Counted from the first letter of the stretch, positions 10,450 to 21,289 are shown. The stretch: 64,000 nucleotides of DNA from Betaproteobacteria bacterium (GCA_005881595.1 VBBY01000001.1:12515-76514), one strand, 5' to 3'. The notes: generated by a model not told the origin, from the letters alone. Program-made: numbers and translations.

Positions 10450-10665
10450 TCAGCCGCGCAACCCGGCCGGTGCGCTGGCCGTGCGTCGCTGATCGGTCTT
10501 GTCCTCGGCCCGGGGCTGCGCCTCGGGCAGAAGGGGCGGCCACGACGTGACCGAAGGCTGGCTCGCAGGCGACGGAATGAAGGCCGGCGTCACGTAGTCT
10601 GCGGCCAGGTCGATACAGCCGACGGCGGCCGCGATGGTGATACAACCCGCCAATGACTTGCGCAT
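10450..10665 (-). CDS. Small putative lipoprotein (71 aa)
   Basis: Internal Met22 of ORF 10450..10728 is preceded by the RBS GAGGAGA. The signal peptide with lipobox is MRKSLAGCITIAAAVGC. The mature part is Pro/Ser-rich. Confidence 0.45.
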   Translation of the reverse strand: MRKSLAGCITIAAAVGCIDLAADYVTPAFIPSPASQPSVTSWPPLLPEAQPRAEDKTDQRRTASAPAGLRG

Positions 10666-11243
10666 TGGTCTCCTCGCTCTAGGCCTTGTTGGAAAGCTCA
10701 GACTGCCCACTGAAAAACCCGCGCGCAAGGCTGTCGCTGCCAGGCGACTGCGATTCGTCGCTCACTGGCGACGCAAAAACGGCCGTTCTGAACCCCTTGT
10801 GGCGGCTTAGCTACAGAGAGGCGTCGTCGCCGGAAAGATCAAGCGCGCGGCGGATCGCCTCATAGGAGAAGCCCCGGCCCTGGAGAAAGCGTGCGCGGCG
10901 CGCACGCTCCTCGCGCGTCATGGCCTTGGTTCTGTACTTTTTCCTCAGTGCCAGGCTCGCCTGCTCGAGCTCGTCGTCGTCGGAGCAGGCGAGCGCGACC
11001 AGCTCTTCGGCGACGCCTTTCGCGCGCAGATCGCGGCGGATGCGCGCGGGGCCGTACTTGCGCGCCAGCCAGCGCGCGCGCTCCGACGCATAGCGCTCGT
11101 CCGATAGCTGCCTTTTCTCAATCAGGCTGTCGAGGAGCGTTTCCAGCGCCTGGGCCGACCCGGCATGCGGCGCGAGCTTGCGCGCGAGCTCGGCGCGCGA
11201 ATGCTCGCGCCGCGCCAGCAGCCGCAACGCGCGCTGTCTGAGC

Positions 11244-12305
<1,062 letters not shown>

Positions 12306-12370
12306 TGCTGTACCTCTTTTTTAGGTTGGCATCTACGGCAGGCACTTTAGCGCTGGGCCAACACCGGATA

Positions 12371-12386
12371 CTGTATAAACGTTCAG
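12371..12386 (-). promoter_or_regulatory. LexA (SOS) box of recA
   Basis: CTGTATAAACGTTCAG lies 66 nt upstream of the recA ATG. The left half TACTGTAT matches the E. coli-type consensus CTGT-N8-ACAG. The right half has one mismatch. Confidence 0.7.
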
Positions 12387-12447
12387 GTATTGTGGGTCGT
12401 TGACGCCGGCCTGTCAACTTCAAAAAATTCCTTTAGGAGACAAAACG

Positions 12448-13323
12448 ATGGCGAAGCTAGCGTTCCTGGGTCTTGGCGTGATGGGCTATCCGATGGCCGG
12501 CCACCTGCAGAAAAAAGGCGGCCATCAGGTCACCGTCTATAACCGCACCGGCGCCAAGGCCCAGCAATGGGCCGGGGAATTCGGCGGGAAGCACGCCGCC
12601 AGCCCGCGCGAGGCCGCGAAGGACTGCGATTTCGTCATGCTGTGCGTCGGCAACGATGACGACGTGCGCTCGGTGGTGTACGGCGACAGCGGCGCGCTCG
12701 CCGGCATGAGGCGCGGCGCGATCCTGGTGGATCACACCACGGCCTCTGCGCTACTCGCCAAAGAATTATTTGCAAAGGCCAAAGAGCGCGGCGTCGGCTT
12801 CATCGACGCGCCAGTGTCGGGCGGCCAGGCAGGCGCCCAGAACGGCCAGCTCGGAATCATGTGCGGCGGCGCGCCGGCCGACTTCAACCTCGCCAAGCCG
12901 GTGCTCGACGTCTACGCCAAGATGTGCGCGCTGATCGGCGGCCCGGGCTCGGGCCAGCTCACCAAGATGGTGAACCAGATCGCCATCGCCGGCCTGGTGC
13001 AAGGCCTCGCCGAAGGATTGGCGTTTGCGAAAAGAGCCAATTTGGATGTCGAGAAGGTGGTCGGCGTGATCTCCAAGGGAGCGGCGCAATCCTGGCAGAT
13101 GGAAAACCGCTGGAAGCAGATGAACGAGCTCAAGTTCGACGGCTTCGGCTTTGCGGTCGACTGGATGCGCAAGGACCTCGGCATGTGCCTCGAGGAAGCG
13201 AAGAGAAACGGCTCGCGGCTTCCCGCCACCGCGCTCATCGACCAGTTCTACGCGTGGGTGCAGGCGCGCGGCGGGCGCCGCTGGGACACCTCTAGTTTGA
13301 TGCACCTGCTAATGAAGGACTGA
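12448..13323 (+). CDS. NAD(P)-dependent oxidoreductase, 3-hydroxyisobutyrate / 2-hydroxy-3-oxopropionate reductase family
   Basis: ORF 12400..13323 from Met17 (RBS AGGAGA). MAKLAFLGLGVMGYPMAGHL is the Rossmann motif, and the remainder is HIBADH-like. Confidence 0.85.
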   Translation: MAKLAFLGLGVMGYPMAGHLQKKGGHQVTVYNRTGAKAQQWAGEFGGKHAASPREAAKDCDFVMLCVGNDDDVRSVVYGDSGALAGMRRGAILVDHTTASALLAKELFAKAKERGVGFIDAPVSGGQAGAQNGQLGIMCGGAPADFNLAKPVLDVYAKMCALIGGPGSGQLTKMVNQIAIAGLVQGLAEGLAFAKRANLDVEKVVGVISKGAAQSWQMENRWKQMNELKFDGFGFAVDWMRKDLGMCLEEAKRNGSRLPATALIDQFYAWVQARGGRRWDTSSLMHLLMKD

Positions 13324-13798
13324 ACGCGTCCTGCAGCGGAAGAACCAGGCTGAGAACCTGGTAGAACCCGTCGGCGCGGAACAGGAACGTCTCGAGAAAG
13401 CTCACTGAAGCGGCGCCCTGCAGCACGCCCGGCTGCGGCCCGTCAAACGGTGCCGCCCGCAGCACGCTCGCAAGCGCGACCTGCTCCAGCTCCGGATAGC
13501 CGTTGGAGCGGATGACATAGACATCGAGAGGGTAACCGCGGTGGTCGACCGTGATCTCGAGAACCACGACCGATTTCAGCATCTCCGGCAACGGCTCGAA
13601 AAACACTTCCTCGTTCGCGGCCACGATGCGGCTTGCCACGGTTCTCTTGTAGTCGTTGATCAAGAGCGGCCCGTCCTCGGGGAACGGCGCAGCGAGCCCG
13701 GGCGTGACGGCGGGAGTGGAAACCGGCTCGATCCTGGGCTGCGGCGCGCAGGCCGAGACCAGGAGCGCTGACAGGATGCAGATCCCCCGCAGGACCAT
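13292..13798 (-). CDS. Putative lipoprotein with a TonB-C-like C-terminal domain
   Basis: 168 aa. The signal and lipobox are MVLRGICILSALLVSAC. ..VVLEITVDHRGYPLDVYVIRSNGYPELEQVALASVLRAAPF.. resembles the TonB_C fold pattern. Its 3' end overlaps the convergent dehydrogenase gene by 32 nt. Confidence 0.5.
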   Translation of the reverse strand: MVLRGICILSALLVSACAPQPRIEPVSTPAVTPGLAAPFPEDGPLLINDYKRTVASRIVAANEEVFFEPLPEMLKSVVVLEITVDHRGYPLDVYVIRSNGYPELEQVALASVLRAAPFDGPQPGVLQGAASVSFLETFLFRADGFYQVLSLVLPLQDAFSPSLAGASN

Positions 13799-13835
13799 CT
13801 TGTTGTTCCCCTCCGCCTAGCATATCAGTTGGCGG

Positions 13836-14921
13836 TTAGACCCTGCTGTCCAGCCTTACAGGGATGCGGCGCGGCCCGAAGGGGCGGCCGAACTTCTGGA
13901 ACCGGCCGCTGATCCGCGTGCCGCAGGACCTGCAGGCGCCATCGTCGGCGAGGTGGTAGCCGCGGATGTCGTACCAGTCGCGCACGACCACTGCATTCCC
14001 GCACGCGGGGCAGTAAGTCGAGCCACCGGTCTCATCGTGCACATTGCCCGTATAGACGTAGCGCAGGCCATGACGCAGCGCGATCTCGCGCGCCCGCGTG
14101 AGCGTCGCCGGCGGCGTCGGCGGCACGTCGGTCATCTTCCAGTCGGGATGAAAAGCGGTGAAGTGCAGCGGAACGTCGGCACCGAGGTGCTGCATGACCC
14201 ACTTGCACTCGGCTTCGAGCTCGGCATCCGCATCGTTCTTGCCGGGGATCAGCAGTGTCGTGATCTCGGTCCAGACCCCGGTCTCCTTCACCAGGTAGAT
14301 CAGCGTGTCGAGCACCGGCTGCAGGTGGCCGCCGCAGATCTTGAAGTAGAAGTCGTCGGTAAAGCCCTTCAGGTCGACGTTCGCGGCGTCCATCTTGGCG
14401 TAGAACTCGCGCCGCGGCTCGGCATGGATATAACCCGCGGTGACGGCCACGGCTTTCACCCCCTTGGCATGGCAGGCGTCGGCGATGTCCATCGCATACT
14501 CGGCGAAGATCACCGGGTCGTTGTACGTGAACGCGACCGATTTGCAGCCGAGCTTGAGCGCCGCGTCGGCGATTTTTTCCGGGCTGGCCTGGTCCTGCAG
14601 GCGGTCCATCTCGCGCGATTTCGAGATGTCCCAGTTCTGGCAGAACTTGCACGCCAGATTGCAGCCCGCGGTGCCGAAGGACAGGATGCTGGTCCCCGGA
14701 TAAAAGTGGTTGAGCGGCTTCTTCTCGACCGGGTCGATGCAGAACCCGGAGGAGCGGCCGTACGTGGTGAGCACCATGCTGCCGCCTTCCATCTTGCGCA
14801 CGAAGCACATGCCGCGCTGGCCCTCGTGCAGCCTGCAGTCGCGCGGGCACAGGTCGCACTGGACGCGGCCGTCTTCGAGGCGATGCCACCATCTGCCGGG
14901 GTAACCGGTCTGCGGATTCAT
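13836..14921 (-). CDS. amrS: AmmeMemoRadiSam system radical SAM enzyme
   Basis: ORF 13836..15212 from Met98 (MNPQTGYPGRWWHRLEDGRVQCDLCPRDCRL...). The radical SAM motif is GCNLACKFCQNW. The ATG overlaps the upstream stop as ATGA. The N-terminal 97 aa of the ORF are Arg/Gly/Pro shadow sequence. Confidence 0.85.
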   Translation of the reverse strand: MNPQTGYPGRWWHRLEDGRVQCDLCPRDCRLHEGQRGMCFVRKMEGGSMVLTTYGRSSGFCIDPVEKKPLNHFYPGTSILSFGTAGCNLACKFCQNWDISKSREMDRLQDQASPEKIADAALKLGCKSVAFTYNDPVIFAEYAMDIADACHAKGVKAVAVTAGYIHAEPRREFYAKMDAANVDLKGFTDDFYFKICGGHLQPVLDTLIYLVKETGVWTEITTLLIPGKNDADAELEAECKWVMQHLGADVPLHFTAFHPDWKMTDVPPTPPATLTRAREIALRHGLRYVYTGNVHDETGGSTYCPACGNAVVVRDWYDIRGYHLADDGACRSCGTRISGRFQKFGRPFGPRRIPVRLDSRV

Positions 14922-16282
14922 GCGTGCAGTGTTTCCGCTTTCCACTTGATCACGCGGTAGCGCGACAGCCTGCAACGCGCCAGGCGCGTGCCCGCCGGGA
15001 CTCCGGCCTTGCGCATGAGTTCGTCGAGGAACTGCCGCGTATCCGCGATGCTCTCCCACACCTGCGGCAGGAAGGTAGCGCGCCGGCCCCCGGCCTCCAG
15101 GATCAGCCCGTCCTCGCCGGCACGGATCAGCGCAAGCAGATGGTCCTCGTCGGCGAACCGGATCGGCTTGGGCACCGAAAGCAGCGACACCTCGACGCTG
15201 CACAGAGGCCATTCGTCGCGCTTGAGCGCCGGAAAACGCGGATCGCGGAACGCGGCGCCCAGCGCGTTGTCGGCAACGTCGGCGCCGATCGGCCGGACTG
15301 CTTCCAGGCTGCCGATGCAGCCGCGCAGCGCCCCCGCGCGCAGCAGGGTGACGAACGTCGCACCCACCTGGTCGAGCCAGCCCGCGCCGTCGAGTTGCGG
15401 CTTGGGGCCCAGCCCCAGCCCGTTGGAAATGCTGCCCGAGGCGATGGAGATGAGCGTGCTGCCGGCGTCCTCATGCTGCACCTCGCCGCCTTCGTAAAGC
15501 GCGAACGAGGAATAGCCGACGACCTGGCCTTTGCCGCCGGCAGTGTCGCCCGAGTTGCACGCGGCGAGCAGCTTGATCGACAGGTTCCTTCTCCTCGCCA
15601 CCGACAGCAGACCGTTCAGGGGCGTGGCGCCGCACGCTTCGTCATGGTCGATATCCGTCGCCAGGGCGGCGATGCGTTCCACGGTGGCGCCGTCGATCCG
15701 GCGCGCTTCCTCGTAAGCGTGGTAATGCGACATATCGGTCGAGATCACTATGAGGGTCTCGCGGCCGCCCCACAGGCGCTCGATCACCTGCGCGACCTCT
15801 TCCACATTGGCCATGCCGACGGCGAGCGGCACGAGCGCGAAGTCGCCGAGGATCTTCTGCAGGAAGGGCAACTGCACCTCGAGCGAGTGCTCGAGGGCAT
15901 GCGCCGGGTCGCTGCTTACAACCTGCGGCAACGAAGCGACTTCCTGGATAGCTTTTTGATCGATGGGAATCCGCCCAAGCGGCGTCTCGAAAATTTGCGC
16001 ACCCGGCAGCGCGAGGCCGCGCACCGGAACGCGATGCACCGGGCCGAGCATGACGACCCGCCGCACGACGCCGCGCGCCGCGGCGACCTCGTCGTAAGCG
16101 CGCGCGGCGACCGGCCCCGAATAGATGTAGCCGGCGTGCGGCACGATAAGCGCCTTCGGAAAGCCCAGACGCGGCGCGAGGTGCTCTACGCCGCCGAGCA
16201 GGTCGTCGAGCTCGGTGATGAGCGCGCGCGAATCGCTCGGATAGAACGTGCCGGCTACGGCGGCGGGGCGGACGGAAGCCAT
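14918..16282 (-). CDS. Fused AmmeMemoRadiSam system protein B (MEMO1-like) and protein A (AMMECR1)
   Basis: 454 aa. The N-terminal half has AVAGTFYPSD...VPHAGYIYSGPVAA...HSLEVQLPFL...VISTDMSHYH (Memo/AmrB). The C-terminal half has GATFVTLLRAGALRGCIGSLE...VEVSLLS...TFLPQVWE (AMMECR1/AmrA). Confidence 0.85.
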   Translation of the reverse strand: MASVRPAAVAGTFYPSDSRALITELDDLLGGVEHLAPRLGFPKALIVPHAGYIYSGPVAARAYDEVAAARGVVRRVVMLGPVHRVPVRGLALPGAQIFETPLGRIPIDQKAIQEVASLPQVVSSDPAHALEHSLEVQLPFLQKILGDFALVPLAVGMANVEEVAQVIERLWGGRETLIVISTDMSHYHAYEEARRIDGATVERIAALATDIDHDEACGATPLNGLLSVARRRNLSIKLLAACNSGDTAGGKGQVVGYSSFALYEGGEVQHEDAGSTLISIASGSISNGLGLGPKPQLDGAGWLDQVGATFVTLLRAGALRGCIGSLEAVRPIGADVADNALGAAFRDPRFPALKRDEWPLCSVEVSLLSVPKPIRFADEDHLLALIRAGEDGLILEAGGRRATFLPQVWESIADTRQFLDELMRKAGVPAGTRLARCRLSRYRVIKWKAETLHA

Positions 16283-16303
16283 CGCCCCTATTTATGACTG
16301 CGC

Positions 16304-16783
16304 TCAGTCCTCGTCAAGCAGTTTCAACACCCCTTTCAGGGCATGGATAACGGACTGTTTACGAACGCTTTCGCGGTTGCCTGCGAACCGCCGCGTCTCG
16401 GCATGCCGCCGGCCGTTCTTGCGCTCCCACGCAAAGCACACGGTGCCCACGGGCTTGGCCGTACTGCCGCCGCCCGGTCCCGCGATCCCGGTGACTGCGA
16501 CCGACAGGCTGCCCTTGCTTTGCCGCAGCGCGCCCGATGCCATTTCACGCGCAGTCTCCTCGCTCACCGCGCCGTGCCGGGCGAGCGTATCGGCGCGCAC
16601 GCCGAGCAGCTCCCGCTTGGAGTCGTTGGAGTAGGTGACGAACCCGCGCTCGAACCAGTCGGACGAGCCCGCGACCGCGGTGACGGCTTGAGCGACCCAG
16701 CCGCCGGTGCACGATTCCGCCGTGACCAGCATCGCGCGCGACGCCTTGAGCCGCTTGCCGATCCTTGCCGCGAGCTGCCGCAT
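16304..16783 (-). CDS. pncC: Nicotinamide-nucleotide amidohydrolase (CinA C-terminal domain / PncC)
   Basis: C-terminal 159 aa of ORF 16304..17326, from MRQLAARIG.... TAESCTGGW, SNDSKRELLGV and AVTGIAGPGGG are present. Confidence 0.85.
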   Translation of the reverse strand: MRQLAARIGKRLKASRAMLVTAESCTGGWVAQAVTAVAGSSDWFERGFVTYSNDSKRELLGVRADTLARHGAVSEETAREMASGALRQSKGSLSVAVTGIAGPGGGSTAKPVGTVCFAWERKNGRRHAETRRFAGNRESVRKQSVIHALKGVLKLLDED

Positions 16784-17271
16784 CAGGAGAACAGCCGCTT
16801 GATCACCGCCAGCACCATCAGCGTGTAGGCTGCGGCGAGGATGTCGTCGAACATGACGCCGAAGCCGTCGCGATAGCGGCGCTCGAAATAACGGATCGGC
16901 GGCGGCTTGGCGATGTCGAACAGGCGGAACAGGACGAAGGCCGCCGCCTGCCACGCCAGTTCGCGCGGCACGATCGCGAGCACCAGCAGGAAGGCGACGA
17001 TCTCGTCCCATACCATCGAGCTGTGGTCCGGGATGCCGAGCTTGCGGCCGGTAACGTCGCAGGCCCATATGCCGAGCGCGAACAGCGTCACGATGAGCCC
17101 CAGCACGGCGCTCGCCGGCAAGCTGCCGCCCAGCATCCAGCCGATCGGCCAGGCGAGGAGCGTCCCGGCCGTGCCGGGCGCGAACGGCACCAGGCCGGCG
17201 CCCGCGCCGAAGGCGATGACGTGCGCAGGATGCGAGAAAGCGAACGACGGTTTCGGGCGAAAGACGATCAC
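16783..17271 (-). CDS. pgpA: Phosphatidylglycerophosphatase A
   Basis: 162 aa. ..GAGAGLVPFAPGTAGTL... and ..DIAKPPPIRYFE.. are present. Confidence 0.85.
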   Translation of the reverse strand: MIVFRPKPSFAFSHPAHVIAFGAGAGLVPFAPGTAGTLLAWPIGWMLGGSLPASAVLGLIVTLFALGIWACDVTGRKLGIPDHSSMVWDEIVAFLLVLAIVPRELAWQAAAFVLFRLFDIAKPPPIRYFERRYRDGFGVMFDDILAAAYTLMVLAVIKRLFS

Positions 17272-18149
17272 GGCGCGGCGAAATGATCGAAGCCGCCGCG
17301 GTAGGACATCGGCCTGCCGTCGGCATCGAGCACTTCGAGCGAGGATGCGCCGGAGCGGATAGCGCCGATCCGCGACAGCGCCAGCCTCAGTTGCCTGGCG
17401 ACGCTCTCTATAGGTGCGCGACGCGATTGCGGAGCAGTGAAAAGCAGCTCGTAATCATCGCCTCCCGACAGGACACAGCGTTTTTCCAATGCGGCGTCTT
17501 TGACGTGCTTGAAAGCCGGCGCGCGCGGCACCTGCTCGTAATGGACCACGGCACCGACCCGGGAGCGCTCCAGAATGTGCGCCAGGTCGCCCGCCAGCCC
17601 GTCCGACACGTCGATCGCCGCATGCGCCAGCTCTCGCAGCCGCTCGCCGAGCGCGACGCGCGGCTCGGGCTCGTGCAGCCGCTTCGCCGCTTCCCCGATC
17701 TCGGGGTGAGCGAGGGCGAGCGCCGCGCCGCCCAGTTCGCCCGAAACCCAGATATCGTCGCCGGGCCGCGCGCCGGAGCGGAGCAGCGCAGTGCCTGCAG
17801 GGACTTCCCCGAACGCGGTGATATTGACCACGAGAAGCGGTCCGCGCGTTGTATCGCCACCGACCAGGTCGACCCCATGGCGGTCTGCGAGCGCGAATAA
17901 GCCTTGCGCGAACGCCCCGAGCCAGGATTCATCCGCCGCCGGCAGGGCAATGGCGAGCGTCGCCCAGCGCGGCACGGCGCCTGTCGCCGCCAGGTCCGAA
18001 AGACTCACCGCGAGCGCCTTGTGGCCGAGCGCGCGCGCGTCCGCGCCCGGAAGGAAATGCCGCCCTTCGACCAGCATGTCGGTCGTGACCGCGATCTCGA
18101 AACCGGCCCGGGCGGCGAGCAGCGCGCAATCATCGCCGACGCCGAGCAC
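17268..18149 (-). CDS. thiL: Thiamine-monophosphate kinase; the true start is probably upstream at a non-canonical CTG at 18203 (see findings)
   Basis: 293 aa from GTG. LGVGDDCALL...TTDMLVEGRHF is present, with the AIR-synthase-like fold. The in-frame upstream sequence encodes the conserved [10 protein letters not shown] motif. Confidence 0.85.
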   Translation of the reverse strand: MLGVGDDCALLAARAGFEIAVTTDMLVEGRHFLPGADARALGHKALAVSLSDLAATGAVPRWATLAIALPAADESWLGAFAQGLFALADRHGVDLVGGDTTRGPLLVVNITAFGEVPAGTALLRSGARPGDDIWVSGELGGAALALAHPEIGEAAKRLHEPEPRVALGERLRELAHAAIDVSDGLAGDLAHILERSRVGAVVHYEQVPRAPAFKHVKDAALEKRCVLSGGDDYELLFTAPQSRRAPIESVARQLRLALSRIGAIRSGASSLEVLDADGRPMSYRGGFDHFAAP

Positions 18150-18199
18150 CGCATGCTTCGGCGCTCGCTCGAAGTACCGCCGGATGATCTCGAATTCGT

Positions 18200-18628
18200 T
18201 CAGGCGATCTTTCTCGAGCGCGCCACTTCGTCCGGGCGCAGCGCCGCCGCAATCTTCTCCAGAACGCCGTTGACGAAGCGGTGGCCGTCGGTCGCGCCGA
18301 AGCTCTTTCCCAGCTCGATCGCCTCGTTGAGCACCACCTTGAACGGCGTCTCGGGGTGCGCGGCGAGCTCGAAGGCGCCGATGTAGAGGATCGCCCGCTC
18401 GATCGGCGAGAGCCGGGCGAACTCGCGATCGAGGTGCGGCGCGATGATCCGCTGCAGATCCGCGGCGCGATCGCGCACCCCGCTCGCGAGCGCGTTTACG
18501 AACGCTGGATCGGTCTTGTCGAAGCCTTCCAGGCTGCGTGCCTGCTCGACCGGGTCGCTGCCTGACAACTGCCAGGCGTAAAGCGCCTGCAGAGCGATCT
18601 CGCGCGCCTGGCGCCTAGCCGTCTTCAT
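18200..18628 (-). CDS. nusB: Transcription antitermination factor NusB
   Basis: 142 aa. [20 protein letters not shown]... is present, and the gene lies in the ribH-nusB-thiL context. Confidence 0.9.
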   Translation of the reverse strand: MKTARRQAREIALQALYAWQLSGSDPVEQARSLEGFDKTDPAFVNALASGVRDRAADLQRIIAPHLDREFARLSPIERAILYIGAFELAAHPETPFKVVLNEAIELGKSFGATDGHRFVNGVLEKIAAALRPDEVARSRKIA

Positions 18629-19028
18629 GCAGCCTTGCCTTGAGCTTGGCCATCTCGACGGCGACGCGCACCGCCTCGGCGCCCTTGTCGAGGCGCGCCA
18701 TCGCCTGCGGCTCGTCCTCGGTGGTCAGAATGCCGTTGGCGATCGGCAGGCCGAAGTCGAGCGCCACGTCCATCAGGCCGCGCGCGGACTCGTTCGCCAC
18801 CACCTCGAAATGGTAGGTCTCGCCGCGGATCACCGCGCCGAGCGCGACCAGGGCGTCGAAACGTCCGCTCTGCGCCATCCACTGCAGAGCGAGCGGAATC
18901 TCTAGCGCTCCCGGAACGGTGGTGACGGCAACTTCGACGCCCATCGACTGCGCTTGCGCCCGGGCGCGCTCGACGAGCCGATGAGAGACCTCCGCGTTGA
19001 ACTGGCTGGCGACGATGCCGAGGCGCAT
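18615..19028 (-). CDS. ribH: 6,7-dimethyl-8-ribityllumazine synthase
   Basis: 137 aa. LGIVASQFN...VPGALEIP...[14 protein letters not shown] is present. Confidence 0.9.
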   Translation of the reverse strand: MRLGIVASQFNAEVSHRLVERARAQAQSMGVEVAVTTVPGALEIPLALQWMAQSGRFDALVALGAVIRGETYHFEVVANESARGLMDVALDFGLPIANGILTTEDEPQAMARLDKGAEAVRVAVEMAKLKARLHEDG

Positions 19029-19035
19029 CGCGGCG

Positions 19036-20148
19036 TTACCGCTTCGGCAGCTCGGCGTAGCCGGTGACTTCGAGCCCGAAACCCGTCATGCTCGGCATCT
19101 TGCGCGGCGCGGCCATCAGCCGCATGCGCCCGACGCCGAGATCGCGCAGGATCTGCGCGCCGATGCCGTAGAGGCGCAGGTCCATGCCCCGGCCGCCGCG
19201 CGGCGTGCGCGTTTCGGCAAGCCGCGCCTCGAGCGCTTCGCTCGTTTGCGTGCAGTTGAGGAGCACCATCACACCCGTGCCCGCCTGCCCGATGGCTTCG
19301 AGCGCTTCGCCGACGCCCCACGCATGCGTGCCCGGCCCGGCATCGAGCAGGTCGACCACCGACAGCGGCTCGTGCACGCGCACCAGAATCTCAGTCTGCG
19401 GCGAAGGACGGCCCCGCACGAGCGCGAGGTGAATCGAGCCGAGCGCGAGATCGCGATACGACACCAGGTGAAAACTTCCCCAGGTCGTCTCGATGTCGCG
19501 CTCCAAGACGCGCTGCACCAGCGATTCATTGCGGCTGCGGTACTCGATCAGGTCGGCGATGGTGCCGATCTTGAGCTTGTGCTGGGCGGCGAAGTCGATG
19601 AGATCGGGCAGCCGCGCCATGCCGCCGTCGTCGCGCATGATCTCGCACAGCACCGCGGCGGGCGCAAGTCCGGCGAGACGCGCGAGATCGCAGCAGGCTT
19701 CGGTGTGCCCGGCGCGCACCAGCACGCCGCCCGGTTGCGCGACAAGCGGGAACACGTGGCCCGGCTGGACGATGTCCTCGGGCTTGGCGTCGGCCGCCGC
19801 GGCGACCTTGATGGTCAGCGCGCGGTCCTGCGCCGAGATGCCGGTGGAGATACCCTCGGCGGCCTCGATCGAGGTGGTGAAGTTGGTGCCGTGGCGCGAG
19901 CGGTTCTGCTCGACCATCGGCCGCAGGCCCAGGCGCTGCGCATGCGCCTCGGTGATCGGCATGCAGATCAGGCCGCGGCCGTGCTTGGCAAGAAAATTGA
20001 TCTTCTCCGGCGTGACGAAGTCGGCGGCGAAAACCAGGTCGCCCTCGTTCTCGCGCTGCTCGTCGTCCACCAGGATCACGATCTCGCCGGCGCGGATCGC
20101 CGAGACGATGCCGGTGATCGGGCTGATGGCAGCGGCCTCTCTGCGCAT
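19036..20148 (-). CDS. ribBA: Bifunctional 3,4-dihydroxy-2-butanone-4-phosphate synthase / GTP cyclohydrolase II
   Basis: 370 aa. [16 protein letters not shown] (DHBP synthase) is followed by a GCH-II-like C-terminal half. Confidence 0.92.
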   Translation of the reverse strand: MRREAAAISPITGIVSAIRAGEIVILVDDEQRENEGDLVFAADFVTPEKINFLAKHGRGLICMPITEAHAQRLGLRPMVEQNRSRHGTNFTTSIEAAEGISTGISAQDRALTIKVAAAADAKPEDIVQPGHVFPLVAQPGGVLVRAGHTEACCDLARLAGLAPAAVLCEIMRDDGGMARLPDLIDFAAQHKLKIGTIADLIEYRSRNESLVQRVLERDIETTWGSFHLVSYRDLALGSIHLALVRGRPSPQTEILVRVHEPLSVVDLLDAGPGTHAWGVGEALEAIGQAGTGVMVLLNCTQTSEALEARLAETRTPRGGRGMDLRLYGIGAQILRDLGVGRMRLMAAPRKMPSMTGFGLEVTGYAELPKR

Positions 20149-20169
20149 AGCCCGAATTTTATGCCTCTT

Positions 20170-20547
20170 TTACTCCTGCGTTTCGCCTTCCGCGGCGCCG
20201 GTTTTCTCGCGGATGCGCGCCGACTTGCCGGAGCGCGCGCGCAGGTAATAGAGCTTGGCGCGGCGCACATCGCCCTTGCGCTTCACCTCGATCGATGCGA
20301 TCAGCGGCGAGTAGGTCTGGAACGTGCGCTCGACGCCTTCACCCGACGATATCTTGCGCACGATGAACGAGGAATTCAGTCCGCGGTTGCGCTTGGCGAT
20401 CACCATGCCTTCGAACGCCTGCAGCCGCTTTCTCTCGCCCTCGACGACGTTGACGTTCACCACCACGGTGTCGCCCGGGGAGAAATCCGGCACGTCGCGG
20501 CCCAGCCGCTTGATCTCTTCCTGCTCGAGTGTCTGAATCAGGTCCAT
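20170..20547 (-). CDS. rplS: 50S ribosomal protein L19
   Basis: 125 aa. ..[40 protein letters not shown].. is present. Confidence 0.95.
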   Translation of the reverse strand: MDLIQTLEQEEIKRLGRDVPDFSPGDTVVVNVNVVEGERKRLQAFEGMVIAKRNRGLNSSFIVRKISSGEGVERTFQTYSPLIASIEVKRKGDVRRAKLYYLRARSGKSARIREKTGAAEGETQE

Positions 20548-20548
20548 G

Positions 20549-21289
20549 TCAGCTCCTGTACTCTCTCTGGAACTCCGCCAGCAGCTTCGTTTCCTCTTCG
20601 CTCAGCGGCCTCGCCGCCAGCAGGTCGGGCCGCCTGAGCCAAGTCCGCCCCAGCGCCTGCTTCAGCCGCCAGCGCCGGATGTTCTCGTGGTGCCCCGAGA
20701 GCAGCTCCTCGGGCACTCGCGCGCCCTGGTACACCTCGGGGCGCGTGTACTGCGGGCAGTCGAGCAGGCCGTCCGCGAACGACTCCTCGAGCGCCGATTG
20801 CTCATCGCCCAGCGCCCCCGGCAGCTGGCGCACCACCGCGTCGATCAGCGCCATCGCGGCGAGCTCACCGCCCGAGAGCACGAAGTCGCCAAGCGACAAC
20901 TCCTCGTCGACGCGGCGCGCCAGGAGCCGCTCATCGACGCCTTCGTAGCGGCCGCAAAGCAGCGTCAGTGCGCTTTCCTTCGCCAGCTCCATCACCTTGC
21001 GGTGATCGAGCCTGCTGCCCTGCGGCGACAGGTAAATGGTTTTTCCATTGCCCCCGTTCTGCCGGGCTGCCTCGAGCGCCCTGTCCAGCGGCTCGGCCAG
21101 CATCACCATGCCCGGCCCGCCGCCGTACGGACGGTCGTCCACCGTCCGGTAGCTGTCGCTCGTGAAATCGCGCGGATTCCACGTCGCGAGGCGCCACAGT
21201 CCGGCCTGCAGCGCGCGGCTGGTGATGCCGCTCCCCGTCACCGCGGCGAACGTCTCGGGGAACAGCGTCACCACGTCGAAGCGGATCAC
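20549..21289 (-). CDS. trmD: tRNA (guanine37-N1)-methyltransferase
   Basis: ORF 20549..21718 from the GTG at residue 144 ([14 protein letters not shown]...[11 protein letters not shown]...). The GTG overlaps the rimM stop as GTGA. Confidence 0.93.
   Translation of the reverse strand: MIRFDVVTLFPETFAAVTGSGITSRALQAGLWRLATWNPRDFTSDSYRTVDDRPYGGGPGMVMLAEPLDRALEAARQNGGNGKTIYLSPQGSRLDHRKVMELAKESALTLLCGRYEGVDERLLARRVDEELSLGDFVLSGGELAAMALIDAVVRQLPGALGDEQSALEESFADGLLDCPQYTRPEVYQGARVPEELLSGHHENIRRWRLKQALGRTWLRRPDLLAARPLSEEETKLLAEFQREYRS

Noticed and set aside
10666-10810. Several short stems (CGTCGC..GCGACG, GTCGC..GCGAC, AACGGCCGTT plus TTTTT) downstream of recX, considered as a structured RNA or a strong terminator.
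   Set aside because: The stems are short (5-6 bp) and not followed by a convincing U-run in the right register. The region may hold the recX terminator and the lipoprotein gene promoter, but no specific call is defensible by eye.
18615-19028. RibH looks N-terminally short (137 aa; it starts [11 protein letters not shown], about 12 aa before where E. coli RibH has its first strand).
   Set aside because: The ribBA stop is only 8 nt upstream and no in-frame extension is possible. This is probably normal lineage variation, and I could not support a pseudogene or novelty claim.
20149-20169. A possible FMN (RFN) riboswitch upstream of ribBA.
   Set aside because: Only 21 nt separate rplS from ribBA, which is far too short for an RFN element. 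No conserved RFN-like sequence is visible.
18997-20637. Long antisense ORFs opposite housekeeping genes. This 546-aa example lies opposite ribBA and rplS. Others are 33338..35341 opposite secA, 37898..39355 opposite ftsZ, 39286..41391 opposite ftsA and ftsQ, 52019..53884 opposite ftsI, 25955..27490, 48137..49123 and 62325..63386.
   Set aside because: All lie opposite or out of frame to genes with unambiguous conserved motifs. All have low-complexity Arg/Gly/Ala/Asp/His-rich translations. They are an expected artefact of stop-codon depletion at ~65% GC.
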